In this document: in pieces, positions 1-10,300 of the stretch
Layout of the letters: every line of letters begins with the position of its first letter
Numbering within the stretch: position 1 is the first letter of the stretch
Notes under the pieces: model-generated
The model's input: only the letters and a program-made list of their open reading frames with translations
The model's database searches: none
What the model was told of the DNA's origin: nothing
Program-made: the position numbers and the translations under genes
Assembly: GCA_016184105.1 (NCBI GenBank)
Contig: JACPDI010000007.1
Location: forward strand, 69,287-133,286
Reading direction: 5' to 3'
Source: Acidobacteriota bacterium
GTDB lineage: Bacteria; Acidobacteriota; Vicinamibacteria; Vicinamibacterales; 2-12-FULL-66-21
Length of the DNA: 64,000 nt

Positions 1-2
1 CC

Positions 3-854
3 GAGTTCGCGCACGCGGCGCCGATGTACGCCACCGCCCGCGAGCTGCTGGAGACGCTCGCGGTCCCCGTTCCCAACGAGCACACCGAGCGGCTCGCGCG
101 AAAGGCGCGCGAGCACGGCATCTACATCCAGAGCGGGTCGATGCTCGAAACGGACGCGCGATGGCCCGGCGTCGTCTTCAACACGACGTGCCTGATCGGC
201 CCGGAAGGGATCCTGTACAAGTATCGAAAGGTCAATCCGTGGATTCCCTACGAGGTGCACGCGAGCCCGCACGACCTCCCGGGGTACGACGAGCCGCTCT
301 TCCCGGTCGCGGACACGCCGATCGGCCGGATCGGCTGCGCGATCTGCTACGACTGGCTGTTTCCCGAGGCGATCCGGCAGCTCGCCGCGAACGGCGCGGA
401 AGTGCTCGTGCGCGTGTCGGCGTACATGGATCCGTGGGGCGCAACCGAGCCGATGAACTGGTGGACGCTCGTGAACCGCTGCCGCGCGCTCGAGAACATC
501 GCGTTCGTCGTCGCCGCGAACCAGGGCGCGAGCCTGCGGCACTACCCGCCATACTCGTGGCCGGGCGGCAGCCAGGTCGTGGACTTCGACGGCCGGATTC
601 TCGCGGAGGCGTCACCGGGACCGGGCGAGCGGATCGTGGTGGCGCCGATAGACGTGGGCGCGTTGCGGCACGAGCGCGAGGTGCGCACCGGGCACCACAT
701 GCTGGCGCACCTGCGGACGGAGGCGTACCCGGTTTACTCGCGGCACGTGTATCCGCCGCTCGCGGCCGGGGCCGAAGGCCCAACGTTCTCTTACGAAGCG
801 AATCTCGAGCGGATCCAGGCGGCGAAGGGAACGTCGCGTCCCCCTCGATGTTAA
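3..854 (+). CDS. Carbon-nitrogen hydrolase (nitrilase/amidase superfamily), 5' end cut by window edge
   Basis: The frame stays open back to nt 3. It has the Lys motif YRKVNPW and the nucleophile-Cys motif GCAICYDWLFPE of the Glu-Lys-Cys triad family. The Glu segment would lie upstream of the window. Confidence 0.8.
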   Translation, partial: EFAHAAPMYATARELLETLAVPVPNEHTERLARKAREHGIYIQSGSMLETDARWPGVVFNTTCLIGPEGILYKYRKVNPWIPYEVHASPHDLPGYDEPLFPVADTPIGRIGCAICYDWLFPEAIRQLAANGAEVLVRVSAYMDPWGATEPMNWWTLVNRCRALENIAFVVAANQGASLRHYPPYSWPGGSQVVDFDGRILAEASPGPGERIVVAPIDVGALRHEREVRTGHHMLAHLRTEAYPVYSRHVYPPLAAGAEGPTFSYEANLERIQAAKGTSRPPRC

Positions 855-871
855 GGGGGACAGTCCCCCTT
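853..871. terminator. Short GC hairpin AAGGGGG-acagt-CCCCCTT between convergent genes
   Basis: A 7-bp perfect stem with a 5-nt loop sits in the 22-bp gap between the stop at 854 and the stop at 877. Its sequence equals the outer ends of the 60-bp palindromic element seen at 11.9, 19.4 and 24.9 kb. Confidence 0.45.
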
Positions 872-876
872 TTCCT

Positions 877-2883
877 TCAGCGAAATACCCCTTTGAGGGC
901 TCGGCCCAGCTCGGCAAGAAGCTCCTGCATCGCCCGTCGCGCACGCTGGCGCAGGCTGCCCTCGTGGAGCGGGCACAGCTTGGACGGCACCTCGTCTGCC
1001 TCCTTGAAGTACTCCGTGTAGAGCGGGCAGTCCTCGACGGGGCGCAGGTACGAGTCGCGGCAGAGCGGCTCCTCGGTGAGACCGGCCGGGCGGTCGAAGT
1101 CCTGCGGCGGATACTTCCGGGCGGCGCGACGCATGAAGTCCGACCAGATCGGCAGCGCGAAGCGCGCGCCGTACGCGCGGTCCGCGATCGTCGCGGGCTG
1201 GTCGAAGCCCACCCAGACGCCGGCGACAATTTCGCTGGAGAATCCGACGAACCAGGCGTCGCGGAAATCATCAGTCGTGCCGGTCTTGCCACCGGCCGGA
1301 AAATTCACGCCCCACTGCCGGGCCGGCGACCCGGTCCCGCGATCGATCACGTCGCGCAGCATGGACTGCATCTGGAACGCGACGTCCGGCTCCAGCACTC
1401 GCTCCTGGCGGACGTCGTTTCGCAGCGCCACGCCGCCATCGGCATCGAGCACCCGCTTGACCGCCCGCGGCCTGGCCCCAGTCCCCAGGTTGGCGAAGAC
1501 GCCGAAGGCTGCGGTCAGCTCGAGCGGCGTCACCTCGCCCGACCCGAGCGCCAGCGATGGCACGTCGGGCAGATCGCGCATGCCGAGCGCATCCGCCAGC
1601 CGCAACACGGGACGTGCGCCGATCTTCTGCTGCATGGCGGTCGCCGCGCGGTTGTCGCTCTCGACAATCGCGGCGCGGATCGTCAGTTCGTCCGCGTTGC
1701 TGTCGTCGCTGGCGTTTCGAGGCGACCACTCGTCCGGTCCTTGCGGTGGTATCGACGACAGGCCCTGCAGCACCGACACCGGCGAGTAACCGCGCGAGAG
1801 CGCGGCGGCATACACGAACGGCTTGAACGCCGACCCGGGCTGCCGCCGGCTGCGCACCGCGCGATTGAACTGGGACGTTGAGAAGTCGCGGCCGCCCACG
1901 AGCGCGAGGATGTCTCCCGTACGCGGATCGATCGCGACGAGCGCCGCCTGCAGGTCACGGCGCCGCGAGACGCGCGCGAGCCCCTGCTGCACGGCGCGCT
2001 CCGCCAGGTCCTGCAGCTCGGGATCGAACGTTGTCTCGATTTTCCAGTCTGGCGGATGGTCGCCGCCGAAGCGGTTGCGAAACTGCTGGCGCAGGTATTC
2101 CTTCGCGTAGCCGGCGCGCGCCTGCTGCGCCGCGGGATAGGGCCGGATGCGCACGCGCGCGCGCCTTGCCTGCGCCTCCTGCGCCGCGCTGATGAATCCC
2201 TGCTCGCGCATCCTCGCCAGCACGACGTGGCTGCGACGGACTGCGCCGTCCGGATTGCTCCAGGGGGAGAGCGCGCCGGGGGCGCGGATGAGCCCGGCGA
2301 CGAGCGCAGCCTCCGCGAGCGAGAGATCGCGCGAGGGCTTTCCAAACAGGTGCCGCGACATGGTCTCGACGCCGTAGTGCCCGGCGGAAATGTAAATGCG
2401 GTTGAGATACAGCTCGAGGATCTGGTCCTTCGTCAGCTCGCTCTCGAGCAGCAGCGCGATGCCGGCCTCGCGCGCCTTGCGTCCCCACGTGCGGCGGTTG
2501 CTCAGAAACAGCGTGCGCGCGAGCTGCTGGGTCAGCGTGCTGCCCCCTTCCACCACTTCCGCGTCCGCGACATTGCGGACAACCGCGCGGCCGAGCGCCA
2601 GCGGGTCGATGCCCGGATGGCGATAGAAGCGGTGGTCCTCCACCGCGATGACGGCATGCTGCAGGTGCCGCGAGATGCGCGCGAGCGGCACGTCCTGGCG
2701 CTGCTCGTCCATCCGGAACCAGGGGCGGCCGGCCCGGTCGTAGAACACGGTGTCGCCGACGCCGCGCGTCAGCTTGCGGATCGCCCAGCCGTAGCGCAAC
2801 ACCCAGCCGGCCGACAGCACGCCGATCGCGGCGACCACGACCAGGAGCACCGCGCCCGCGCGGCGTTGCGTGCGGGTCGTCAT
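877..2883 (-). CDS. Class A penicillin-binding protein (bifunctional transglycosylase/transpeptidase, PBP1A type)
   Basis: Glycosyltransferase motifs EDHRFYRHPGIDP and GGSTLTQQLAR are present, with transpeptidase motifs SAFKPFVYAAAL and KTGTTDD. I chose the start MTTRTQRR plus TM helix at 2883 (ATGA overlap with the upstream gene) rather than the ORF-track start at 3072. Confidence 0.9.
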   Translation of the reverse strand: MTTRTQRRAGAVLLVVVAAIGVLSAGWVLRYGWAIRKLTRGVGDTVFYDRAGRPWFRMDEQRQDVPLARISRHLQHAVIAVEDHRFYRHPGIDPLALGRAVVRNVADAEVVEGGSTLTQQLARTLFLSNRRTWGRKAREAGIALLLESELTKDQILELYLNRIYISAGHYGVETMSRHLFGKPSRDLSLAEAALVAGLIRAPGALSPWSNPDGAVRRSHVVLARMREQGFISAAQEAQARRARVRIRPYPAAQQARAGYAKEYLRQQFRNRFGGDHPPDWKIETTFDPELQDLAERAVQQGLARVSRRRDLQAALVAIDPRTGDILALVGGRDFSTSQFNRAVRSRRQPGSAFKPFVYAAALSRGYSPVSVLQGLSSIPPQGPDEWSPRNASDDSNADELTIRAAIVESDNRAATAMQQKIGARPVLRLADALGMRDLPDVPSLALGSGEVTPLELTAAFGVFANLGTGARPRAVKRVLDADGGVALRNDVRQERVLEPDVAFQMQSMLRDVIDRGTGSPARQWGVNFPAGGKTGTTDDFRDAWFVGFSSEIVAGVWVGFDQPATIADRAYGARFALPIWSDFMRRAARKYPPQDFDRPAGLTEEPLCRDSYLRPVEDCPLYTEYFKEADEVPSKLCPLHEGSLRQRARRAMQELLAELGRALKGVFR

Positions 2884-3692
2884 CAGGTTTCGCGGCGGGC
2901 TTCGCCGGCTTTCGTTCGCCGCCCCTGCAGCAGGAGGGAGAGCACAATGTAGTAGACGGGAAAGACGAGCGAGCCGATCACCAGCGCGCGGGGAGGCGCG
3001 GGCAGGGTCCAGACAACGACTATCATCGCAGCCGCCCATGCGGCGCCGAGCGCAAGGGTGGCAGCGCGCCACGTCGGCGTGCGGGACGGGTAGATATACC
3101 CGACGCGAACGAACACGAGCGCCGCCAGCAGCAGGAGCAGGGCCGCATTCAGCCCGGCGGTGGTGCCCAGCCCAATCATGTACAGCACGACGATGTTCCA
3201 GTACGAGGGAAACCCGGTAAAGAAGTGATCCTCTGTCTTCGCATCCTGCAGCGTGAAGCCAAAGGCGCTCGACAGCAGCATCGCTGCCACCACCGCGATG
3301 GCCAGGCCGTCGGGCACCATCCTCATCTGATAGACGATGAACGCGGGGATAAAGACGAACGTCAGGTAGTCGACGATGTCATCCATGCGGGCGCCATCGA
3401 GGGTCGCTGCGTACGTCTTCACGCGCGCCGCCCGCGCGAGCGCCCCATCAGTCCCGTCGATGAAGGTCGCGACAGCCAGCCAGGCGAAGGTCATCCGCGT
3501 GTCGCCGCGAATCGCGTCGAGCAGGGCCAGAAACGCCATGACGGCTCCCAAAGCCGTGTAGGCATGCACGAGCCAGGCGAACGCACCGCGATACGGCAGA
3601 GCTAAGGTTCGTTTTGTCAGAGGTTTACACCCATATTCGCGTCGTGTAAAATCAGTACACGCCTCGTTCCCCGGCGCGGCGCTTCCTAACAA
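2883..3692 (-). CDS. pcs: Phosphatidylcholine synthase (CDP-alcohol phosphatidyltransferase family)
   Basis: The DG(x2)AR(x8)G(x3)D(x3)D-type motif ([33 protein letters not shown]) is followed by [18 protein letters not shown], which closely resembles rhizobial Pcs as I recall it. The protein is multi-TM. The true start is uncertain and may lie downstream of 3692. Confidence 0.75.
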   Translation of the reverse strand: MLGSAAPGNEACTDFTRREYGCKPLTKRTLALPYRGAFAWLVHAYTALGAVMAFLALLDAIRGDTRMTFAWLAVATFIDGTDGALARAARVKTYAATLDGARMDDIVDYLTFVFIPAFIVYQMRMVPDGLAIAVVAAMLLSSAFGFTLQDAKTEDHFFTGFPSYWNIVVLYMIGLGTTAGLNAALLLLLAALVFVRVGYIYPSRTPTWRAATLALGAAWAAAMIVVVWTLPAPPRALVIGSLVFPVYYIVLSLLLQGRRTKAGEARRET

Positions 3693-3716
3693 CTCATCAA
3701 CGTCCTCGCGGCTGCG

Positions 3717-5555
3717 GTGGACGTACGCCGCCGCGCTTCCCGGCGCGCGGCTGAAGGGGCCGTCTTGTTTTCCCGCATCTCACGGCATTTCCGCAAGCTG
3801 GCGCTGGCAGCCGGCATTTTCGCAATCCTGGTGCTCGGGACGGCCGTCTGGCGGCAGAACGCTGTGCCGGCGCTGACGGAGGTGCCCTTCTCGGAGTTCG
3901 TCCGGCAGGCCGAATCCGGCGCGGTGAAGCAGGTGACGATCGCCGGCACGGCCGTGGACATCGTGCTGAACGCCGGACCTACCGAACGTACCATCGCGCC
4001 GCCGTCGTTCTTCACGACCAACGGCGCGTTCCTCACCGACCTGGCGCGCAAAGGCGTGCGCGTGACGGTGGTGGCCGAACGGGAGTCGGCGATTGCCATC
4101 TTCACGCCGATCGTCGCGGGCGTGCTCGCGATTGCCCTCGTTGGCTTTGCAGTCTATCGCGTGACCGCGGGGCGGATCCCCTCGATGGAGCAGCGGGCGC
4201 GGGTCGCGGAGGGGGGAGATGCCGCCATCCTGTTCACGGACGTTGCCGGCGTGGACGAGGCGAAGGACGAGGTCAAAGAGATCGTTGGGTTCCTGCGCGA
4301 GCCCGGGAGATACGCGGCGCTCGGCGGGCGCATTCCCAAGGGTGTGCTCCTCGTGGGACCACCGGGAACCGGCAAGACGTTGCTGGCGCGCGCCATCGCC
4401 GGAGAGGCGGGCGTTCCGTTCCTGTTCGCGAGCGGCTCGGATTTCGTGGAGATGTATGCGGGCGTCGGCGCGTCGCGCGTCCGCAAGCTGTTCAAGGAGG
4501 CCCGCAAACACACGTCGTGCATCGTGTTCATCGACGAACTGGATGCGGTCGGCCGCAAACGCGGCGGCCACTCGCTGAGCCACGAAGAACGCGAGCAGAC
4601 GCTCAATCAACTGCTCGTCGAAATGGACGGGTTCGACGCGCGCCAGGGCATCGTCGTCATCGCGGCGACCAACCGGCAGGACATCCTCGATCCCGCGCTG
4701 CTGCGGCCGGGGCGCTTCGATCGCCAGGTGGTGGTCGGCAACCCGGATCTGAGAGGGCGCGACGAGATCCTGCGCGTGCACGCGCGGCGCGTGCGGATCG
4801 ATCCCGACGTGGACCTGCGCGCCATCGCGCGCGGGACGCCGGGCTTCTCGGGCGCGGATCTCGCGAACCTGGTGAACGAGGCGGCGCTGCTCGCGGCGCG
4901 CGAGGGACGTCCCAGCGTGTCGGCGCCCGACTTCGAGGCGGCGCGCGACAAGGTGATGATGGGCGCCGAGCGGCGGTCGATCGTGCTCAGCGAGGCGGAG
5001 CGCGTGAACTGCGCGTACCACGAGGCCGGGCACGCGGTGGTGGCGGCGCTCATGCCGGGCGCGGACCCGCTTCACAAGGTGACGATCATCCCGCGCGGCC
5101 GGGCCATGGGGCTCACGATGCAGCTGCCGGAAATGGACCGGCACGCCTACACGAAGGCCTATCTCGAGACATCCGTGGCCATCCTGATGGGGGGGCGCGT
5201 CGCCGAGGAGCTCTTCATGAACCACATGACGAGCGGCGCGTCGAACGACATCGAGCGCGCGACGGAGATCGCCGAGCGGATGGTGTGCGAGTTCGGGATG
5301 TCGCCGCTCGGCCCGCTGAAGTTCCCGCGCAAAGGGCCGCAGCAAGAGGGAGAGCGCCCGCACCAGTCGAGCGAGGCGACGGCCCAGCGCGTTGACGGCG
5401 AGGTGGAGCGCATCGTCATGGACGCCTACCAGGTTGCCCGCGCCCTGCTCGAGCGGCATCGTGATGCGGTGAAGGCGCTTGCCGAAGCGCTGCTGCAGAC
5501 CGAGACGCTCGACGCGGAGAACATCCGCGCCGTCCTCGCGCAGAACGGGATCTAG
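3717..5555 (+). CDS. ftsH: ATP-dependent zinc metalloprotease FtsH
   Basis: It has an N-terminal TM pair, Walker A GPPGTGKT, Walker B IVFIDELD, the SRH region, and the zinc motif HEAGHAV. Confidence 0.95.
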   Translation: MDVRRRASRRAAEGAVLFSRISRHFRKLALAAGIFAILVLGTAVWRQNAVPALTEVPFSEFVRQAESGAVKQVTIAGTAVDIVLNAGPTERTIAPPSFFTTNGAFLTDLARKGVRVTVVAERESAIAIFTPIVAGVLAIALVGFAVYRVTAGRIPSMEQRARVAEGGDAAILFTDVAGVDEAKDEVKEIVGFLREPGRYAALGGRIPKGVLLVGPPGTGKTLLARAIAGEAGVPFLFASGSDFVEMYAGVGASRVRKLFKEARKHTSCIVFIDELDAVGRKRGGHSLSHEEREQTLNQLLVEMDGFDARQGIVVIAATNRQDILDPALLRPGRFDRQVVVGNPDLRGRDEILRVHARRVRIDPDVDLRAIARGTPGFSGADLANLVNEAALLAAREGRPSVSAPDFEAARDKVMMGAERRSIVLSEAERVNCAYHEAGHAVVAALMPGADPLHKVTIIPRGRAMGLTMQLPEMDRHAYTKAYLETSVAILMGGRVAEELFMNHMTSGASNDIERATEIAERMVCEFGMSPLGPLKFPRKGPQQEGERPHQSSEATAQRVDGEVERIVMDAYQVARALLERHRDAVKALAEALLQTETLDAENIRAVLAQNGI

Positions 5556-5584
5556 ACGCGCGGAGGTGCAGAGGTTCTGCACCG

Positions 5585-6325
5585 TCATCGCGGCACCGGG
5601 GTACAGAGATTCCCGAAGCTGAACCCCCGCGTGCGCAGCGCGGGGACCAGTCGATCGACGGCCGCGATCGCATACTGCCGATCGGCGCGCGGATCCCGGT
5701 GATGTCCATCGTGCAGGACGATGATGTCGCCGGGAGATGCGCGGCGCGTGATGCGCGCGACGATCGACTCGGCATCGCGCGCGCGATACCAGTTCCAGTC
5801 CCACAATCCCCAACCCCATCCCACGATTCGATAGCCGGCGCGCGCGGCGCCCGCGTACATCGATCCGCCGCGCCAGCCGGCGTGCGGGCGAAAGAGGCGG
5901 CACGGCGTCGCGCCGGCAAGCTGCTCGATGCGCTGCGCCGCCTGCTCGAGAAAACGCGCGAACTCGCCCGGCGTCTTCAGCATCAGCGCCCGCGTGTTCG
6001 CGTGAATGGCGACGGCGTGCCCTTCCTCCGCCATCCGGCGCACGATTGGCGCCGTGGATGCATTCAGGTGGTCGTCGATCAGGAAGAACGTGGCGGTGGC
6101 GCCGTGCCGGCGCAAGACGTCGAGCAGCTCAGGGGTGGCCGCCGGGTTCGGGCCATCGTCGAACGTCAGGTAGACGGTGGGCGTCGCGCCCGCGGGCATT
6201 CGCCACAGCGCCTGGGCCGGCGCGAACCGCTCCAGCAGAAACGGAAACGGCGCCGTGTGGGACAGCGCCTTGAGCACCGCGCCGATGACGAGGATCCACA
6301 GCATACGGCGGTATGATCGCCGCAA
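5585..6325 (-). CDS. Polysaccharide deacetylase (NodB homology domain) with signal/TM anchor
   Basis: It carries the TFDDGPNP motif and the downstream His motifs HANTRA and RPHAGWRGG, plus an N-terminal hydrophobic segment. Confidence 0.8.
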   Translation of the reverse strand: MRRSYRRMLWILVIGAVLKALSHTAPFPFLLERFAPAQALWRMPAGATPTVYLTFDDGPNPAATPELLDVLRRHGATATFFLIDDHLNASTAPIVRRMAEEGHAVAIHANTRALMLKTPGEFARFLEQAAQRIEQLAGATPCRLFRPHAGWRGGSMYAGAARAGYRIVGWGWGLWDWNWYRARDAESIVARITRRASPGDIIVLHDGHHRDPRADRQYAIAAVDRLVPALRTRGFSFGNLCTPVPR

Positions 6326-7065
6326 GGGGCCTGCTCGTGCGATACCTTCCGCTCCTGGTCGTTCTGCTCGGCTGCCCGCTCGCCCCTCAGCTCGACGTTT
6401 CCCGGCAGCCCGTCAGCGACCCGCCGCGCGCCGGCGCCCGCCGCGCGGAGCGCGACGGCATGGTGAGCGCGCAGATTGAGGCGCGCGGCGTCCGCGATCC
6501 CAGAGTCCTCGCCGCGATGCGCCGCGTGCCGCGCCACGAGTTCGTTCCGCCGGGACAGGCGCGCGACGCGTACTCCGATCGCCCGCTCGCGATCGGGCAC
6601 GGCCAGACGATCTCACAACCCTACATCGTGGCGTTCATGACCGAGCTGCTGCAGGTGACGCCGTCCGACGTGGTGCTGGAAATCGGCACCGGTTCGGGCT
6701 ACCAGGCTGCGGTGCTGGCAGAACTGGCCAGCGAAGTGCTGACGATCGAGCTGATTCCCGACCTCGCGGAGCGCGCGCGAGGCACGCTCGCGCGCCTCGG
6801 CTATCGAAACGTGCAGGTGCGTGCCGGTGACGGCTACGCCGGCTGGCCGGAGCGGGGGCCGTTTCCGCGGATCATCGTGACGGCCGCGCCGCCGGAGGTA
6901 CCGCGCGCGCTCGTCGATCAGCTGGCCGTCGGCGGAACGATGGTGGTCCCCGTGGGGAGCGCGTACCAGGAGCTGATTGCCATCCGCCGGACGCCGACGG
7001 GACTTGTTCGCGAGACGACGATCCCCGTCCGGTTCGTGCCGATGGTCAAACCGCCGCGGCGGTGA
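6313..7065 (+). CDS. pcm: Protein-L-isoaspartate O-methyltransferase
   Basis: It has GHGQTISQPYIVAFMTELL and the SAM motif VLEIGTGSGYQAAVLAEL. An N-terminal hydrophobic, lipoprotein-like leader makes the start uncertain. Confidence 0.9.
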   Translation: MIAARGLLVRYLPLLVVLLGCPLAPQLDVSRQPVSDPPRAGARRAERDGMVSAQIEARGVRDPRVLAAMRRVPRHEFVPPGQARDAYSDRPLAIGHGQTISQPYIVAFMTELLQVTPSDVVLEIGTGSGYQAAVLAELASEVLTIELIPDLAERARGTLARLGYRNVQVRAGDGYAGWPERGPFPRIIVTAAPPEVPRALVDQLAVGGTMVVPVGSAYQELIAIRRTPTGLVRETTIPVRFVPMVKPPRR

Positions 7066-7324
7066 GCGCGGCGAGGCGCTCGTCGATCTCCTTCAGCGCG
7101 AGCTCGACCTGCTGGCGGCGCACCGGGTGCGCGGCCGCTTCCGCCTGCTGCTGGAGTTGCGCGCGCGCGAGCCGCAGCGATTCAATTTCGCGGTGGCGCT
7201 CGGGATCGATCGTCACCGTGTTCAGCCGCCGCTCACGTTCAGCGGCCCGTTCGTCCATGCGTTCCTGGATACGTGCTTCAGCGTCGATAAGGCCTTCGCC
7301 GGAATCACCCATGACAATTTCCAC
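7046..7324 (-). CDS. Small coiled-coil hypothetical protein
   Basis: A 92-aa ORF rich in charged residues and heptads, with no recognisable motif. It overlaps the pcm 3' end convergently by 20 nt. An alternative start, MGDSGEG, lies at 7312. Confidence 0.45.
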   Translation of the reverse strand: MEIVMGDSGEGLIDAEARIQERMDERAAERERRLNTVTIDPERHREIESLRLARAQLQQQAEAAAHPVRRQQVELALKEIDERLAALTAAAV

Positions 7325-7343
7325 TATAACGTAAGATTCGGCT

Positions 7344-10300
7344 GTGGGACGACAGGGGAAGGCGATCGAGGCATTTCATCCCGCCGTGCGCGCGTGGTTC
7401 GAGGCGTCGTTCGAGGCGCCCACCTCGGCCCAGGCGCTCGGCTGGCCGGCGATCGCACGTGGCGAGTCCACGCTGATCCTCGCGCCGACCGGCGGCGGGA
7501 AGACGCTCGCCGCGTTTCTCTGGTGCATCAACCGCCTCATGTTCGAGGCACCGCCGTCCCCCGGGCGCCGCTGTCGCGTCCTCTACGTTTCTCCGCTGAA
7601 GGCGCTCGCGGTCGACGTGGAGCGGAACCTTCGCGCGCCGATCGCCGGGATCGCGCGCGTGGCCGGCGCGCGCGGCGACGCGCACCAGGTTCCCACGGTG
7701 GCGATCCGCACCGGCGACACGCCGCAGTCCGAGCGCGCGCGCTTTCGCCGGGAGCCCTCCGACATCCTGATCACCACCCCCGAGTCGCTGTACCTCATGC
7801 TCACGTCGGCCGCCCGCGACGCATTGCGCGGCGTGGACACGGCGATCGTCGACGAGATCCACGCGCTGGTGCCGACCAAGCGCGGCGCGCACCTGGCGGT
7901 CTCGCTCGAGCGCCTGGAGGAACTGACCGGCGGCACGTTGCAGCGCGTGGGACTGTCGGCCACACAGCGGCCGCTGGAGGAGGTCGCCAGGTTCCTGGGG
8001 GGAGTGGATGGTTCGAAAGGTTCGAAGGGTTCGAAAGGTTCGAGGGGTTCGAAGGGTTCGATTGGTTCGAAGGGTTCGGCCGCCGGTGTGCTGCACGACG
8101 AGTTCGCCGCGCGGCGCGCGGCGCCGGCGTTCAGGCCGGTCGCGATCGTGGACACCGGCGAGCGGAAGCGGCTGGAGTTGCGCATCGAGGTGCCCGTTGA
8201 GGACATGGCGCGGCTCGCAGCGCCGGACATCCCAGGCGGGCCCGCATCGCTGGGGCCGTCCGCACCGTCCATCTGGAGCGCCATTCACCCGCGGCTCCTG
8301 GAGCTTGTCCGCGCGCACCGGACCACGCTGATCTTCGTGAACAGCCGGCGCCTCGCCGAGCGGATGGCGGCGGCGCTCAACGAGCTGGCGGGTGACACGC
8401 TGGTCCGCTCGCACCACGGCTCGCTTGCGCGCGAGCAGCGGCTCGACGTCGAGGATCGGCTGAAGGCCGGCGCGCTTCGCGGCCTGGTCGCCACCTCGTC
8501 GCTGGAGCTCGGCATCGACATGGGCGCGGTGGATCTCGTCGTGCAGATCGAGGCGCCTCCATCGGTGGCGAGCGGCATGCAGCGGATTGGCCGCGCCGGC
8601 CACCAGATCGACGCGCCGAGCCGCGGAGTGATCTTCCCGAAGTACCGCGGCGACCTGGTCGCGTGCGCCGCCGTGACGCGCGCGATGCGCGAAGGGCGCG
8701 TCGAGGCGAGCCGGTACCCCCGTAACCCGCTCGACGTGCTCGCCCAACACATCGTGTCGATGACCTCCACGCGCGCGTGGGGCGTGGACGGCCTCTTCGC
8801 GCTCGTCCGGCAGGCCGCGCCGTACGCCGAACTCAGTCGCGCGGTGTTCGAGGGCGTGCTCGACATGCTTGCCGGCCGCTATCCGTCCGACGAGTTCGCG
8901 GAGCTGAAGCCACGCGTCACGTGGGATCGCGTGAAGGGCACGGTGGAGGCGCGCGAGGGAGCGGCGCGGGTTGCCGTTGCCAACGCCGGAACGATCCCGG
9001 ACCGCGGCCTGTACGGCGTGTTCCTGGCCGGCGCCGGCAAGGGCGCGGCGCGCGTGGGCGAGCTTGATGAAGAGATGGTCCACGAAAGCCGCGTGGGGGA
9101 GACGTTCCTGCTTGGCGCCTCGACGTGGCGCATCGAGGAGATCACGCACGACCGCGTGATGGTCTCCCCCGCTCCGGGCGAGCCCGGCAAGATGCCGTTC
9201 TGGAAGGGAGAGGGCGCGGGCAGACCACTGGAGCTCGGGCGGGAGATCGGCACCCTCGTGCGGACGCTCCGCCAGCTGCCCGCGCCGGCCGCGATCGATC
9301 GGCTGGTGCGAGACCACGATCTCGATCGCGGCGCCGCGGAGAATCTGGTGGCGTACCTGCGCGAGCAGGAGGCGTCCGGCGCCGTGCCGGACGAGCAGAC
9401 GCTCGTGATCGAGCGCGTGCGCGACGAGCTGGGCGACTGGCGCGTCTGCGTGCTGTCGCCGCTCGGCGGACGGGTGCACGCGCCGTGGTCGCTTGCCGTC
9501 ACCGAGCGCCTCCGCCGCGAGCGCGACCTCGTGGTCGAAACCATGTGGAGCGATGATGGGTTCGTGATCCGCTTCCCGGACAGCGACGCGCCGCCCGACA
9601 CCTCGCTCGTCCTCATCGACCCCGACGAGGTCGAGCCGCTCGTCGTCAGCCAGCTGGGAGCCTCGTCGCTGTTTGCCGCCAAGTTCCGCGAGTCGGCGGC
9701 GCGCGCGCTGCTGCTGCCGCGCCGCCGCGCCGCCGCGCGCACGCCGCTGTGGCAGCAGCGCAAGCGCGCGGCGGACCTGCTCGCGGTCGCGGCGCGGTAC
9801 GGATCGTTCCCGATCGTCCTCGAGGCGTATCGCGAATGCCTCCGTGACGTGTTCGACATGCCGGCGCTCGTGGAAACCATGAGGCTCGTGCGCGATCGCC
9901 GCATGCGGGCGATCACGCTCGATTCGGAGACGCCCTCGCCCTTCGCCGGGTCGCTGCTGTTCGGCTACGTCGCCAATTTCCTGTACGACGGCGACGCGCC
10001 GCTCGCGGAGCGCCGGGCGCAGGCGCTCGCCATCGATCAGTCACAACTCCGCGAGCTGCTGGGCGGTGCGGAGCTGCGCGAGCTGCTCGACGCCGACGCC
10101 ATCGACGAACTCGAGCGACAGCGCCAGCACCTCGAAGCGCGCGCGCGGGTCCGCTCGGCCGATGCGCTGCATGACGCCCTGCTGCGGCTGGGCGACCTCA
10201 ACGCGCCGGAGATCGCCGCGCGGTCGGCGGCCGGCTTCGACGCCGCGGACGCGACGGCGGCGCTTGCGGCGGCGCGCCGCCTGCTCCCGGTCCGCGTTGC

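Noticed and set aside
877-3072. N-terminally extended versions of several track ORFs: PBP to 3072, glpK to 28159, glpQ to 29931, MtrB-like to 34189, MtrA-like to 34665, MCP to 44612, CheW to 44746, CheA to 41221, AlgE-like to 55122, and FAD-Rieske from 60904.
   Set aside because: The extensions overlap upstream genes and lack signal peptides or RBS. Internal starts give canonical N-termini and ATGA/GTGA/TGATG coupling with their neighbours.
3780-5903. A 707-aa ORF antisense to ftsH. Similar long antisense or shadow ORFs occur at 7305-9479, 38186-41323, 42058-43995, 55387-57270 and 61489-63027.
   Set aside because: These are typical stop-codon-poor shadow frames of high-GC DNA. They are Arg/Ala/Pro-rich with no motifs, and each overlaps a gene that has unambiguous catalytic signatures on the other strand.
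8010-8081. The GGTTCGAA motif, repeated many times, resembles the tRNA T-arm/T-loop consensus.
   Set aside because: It is a 9-bp in-frame coding repeat inside Lhr. No acceptor, D or anticodon arms can be drawn.
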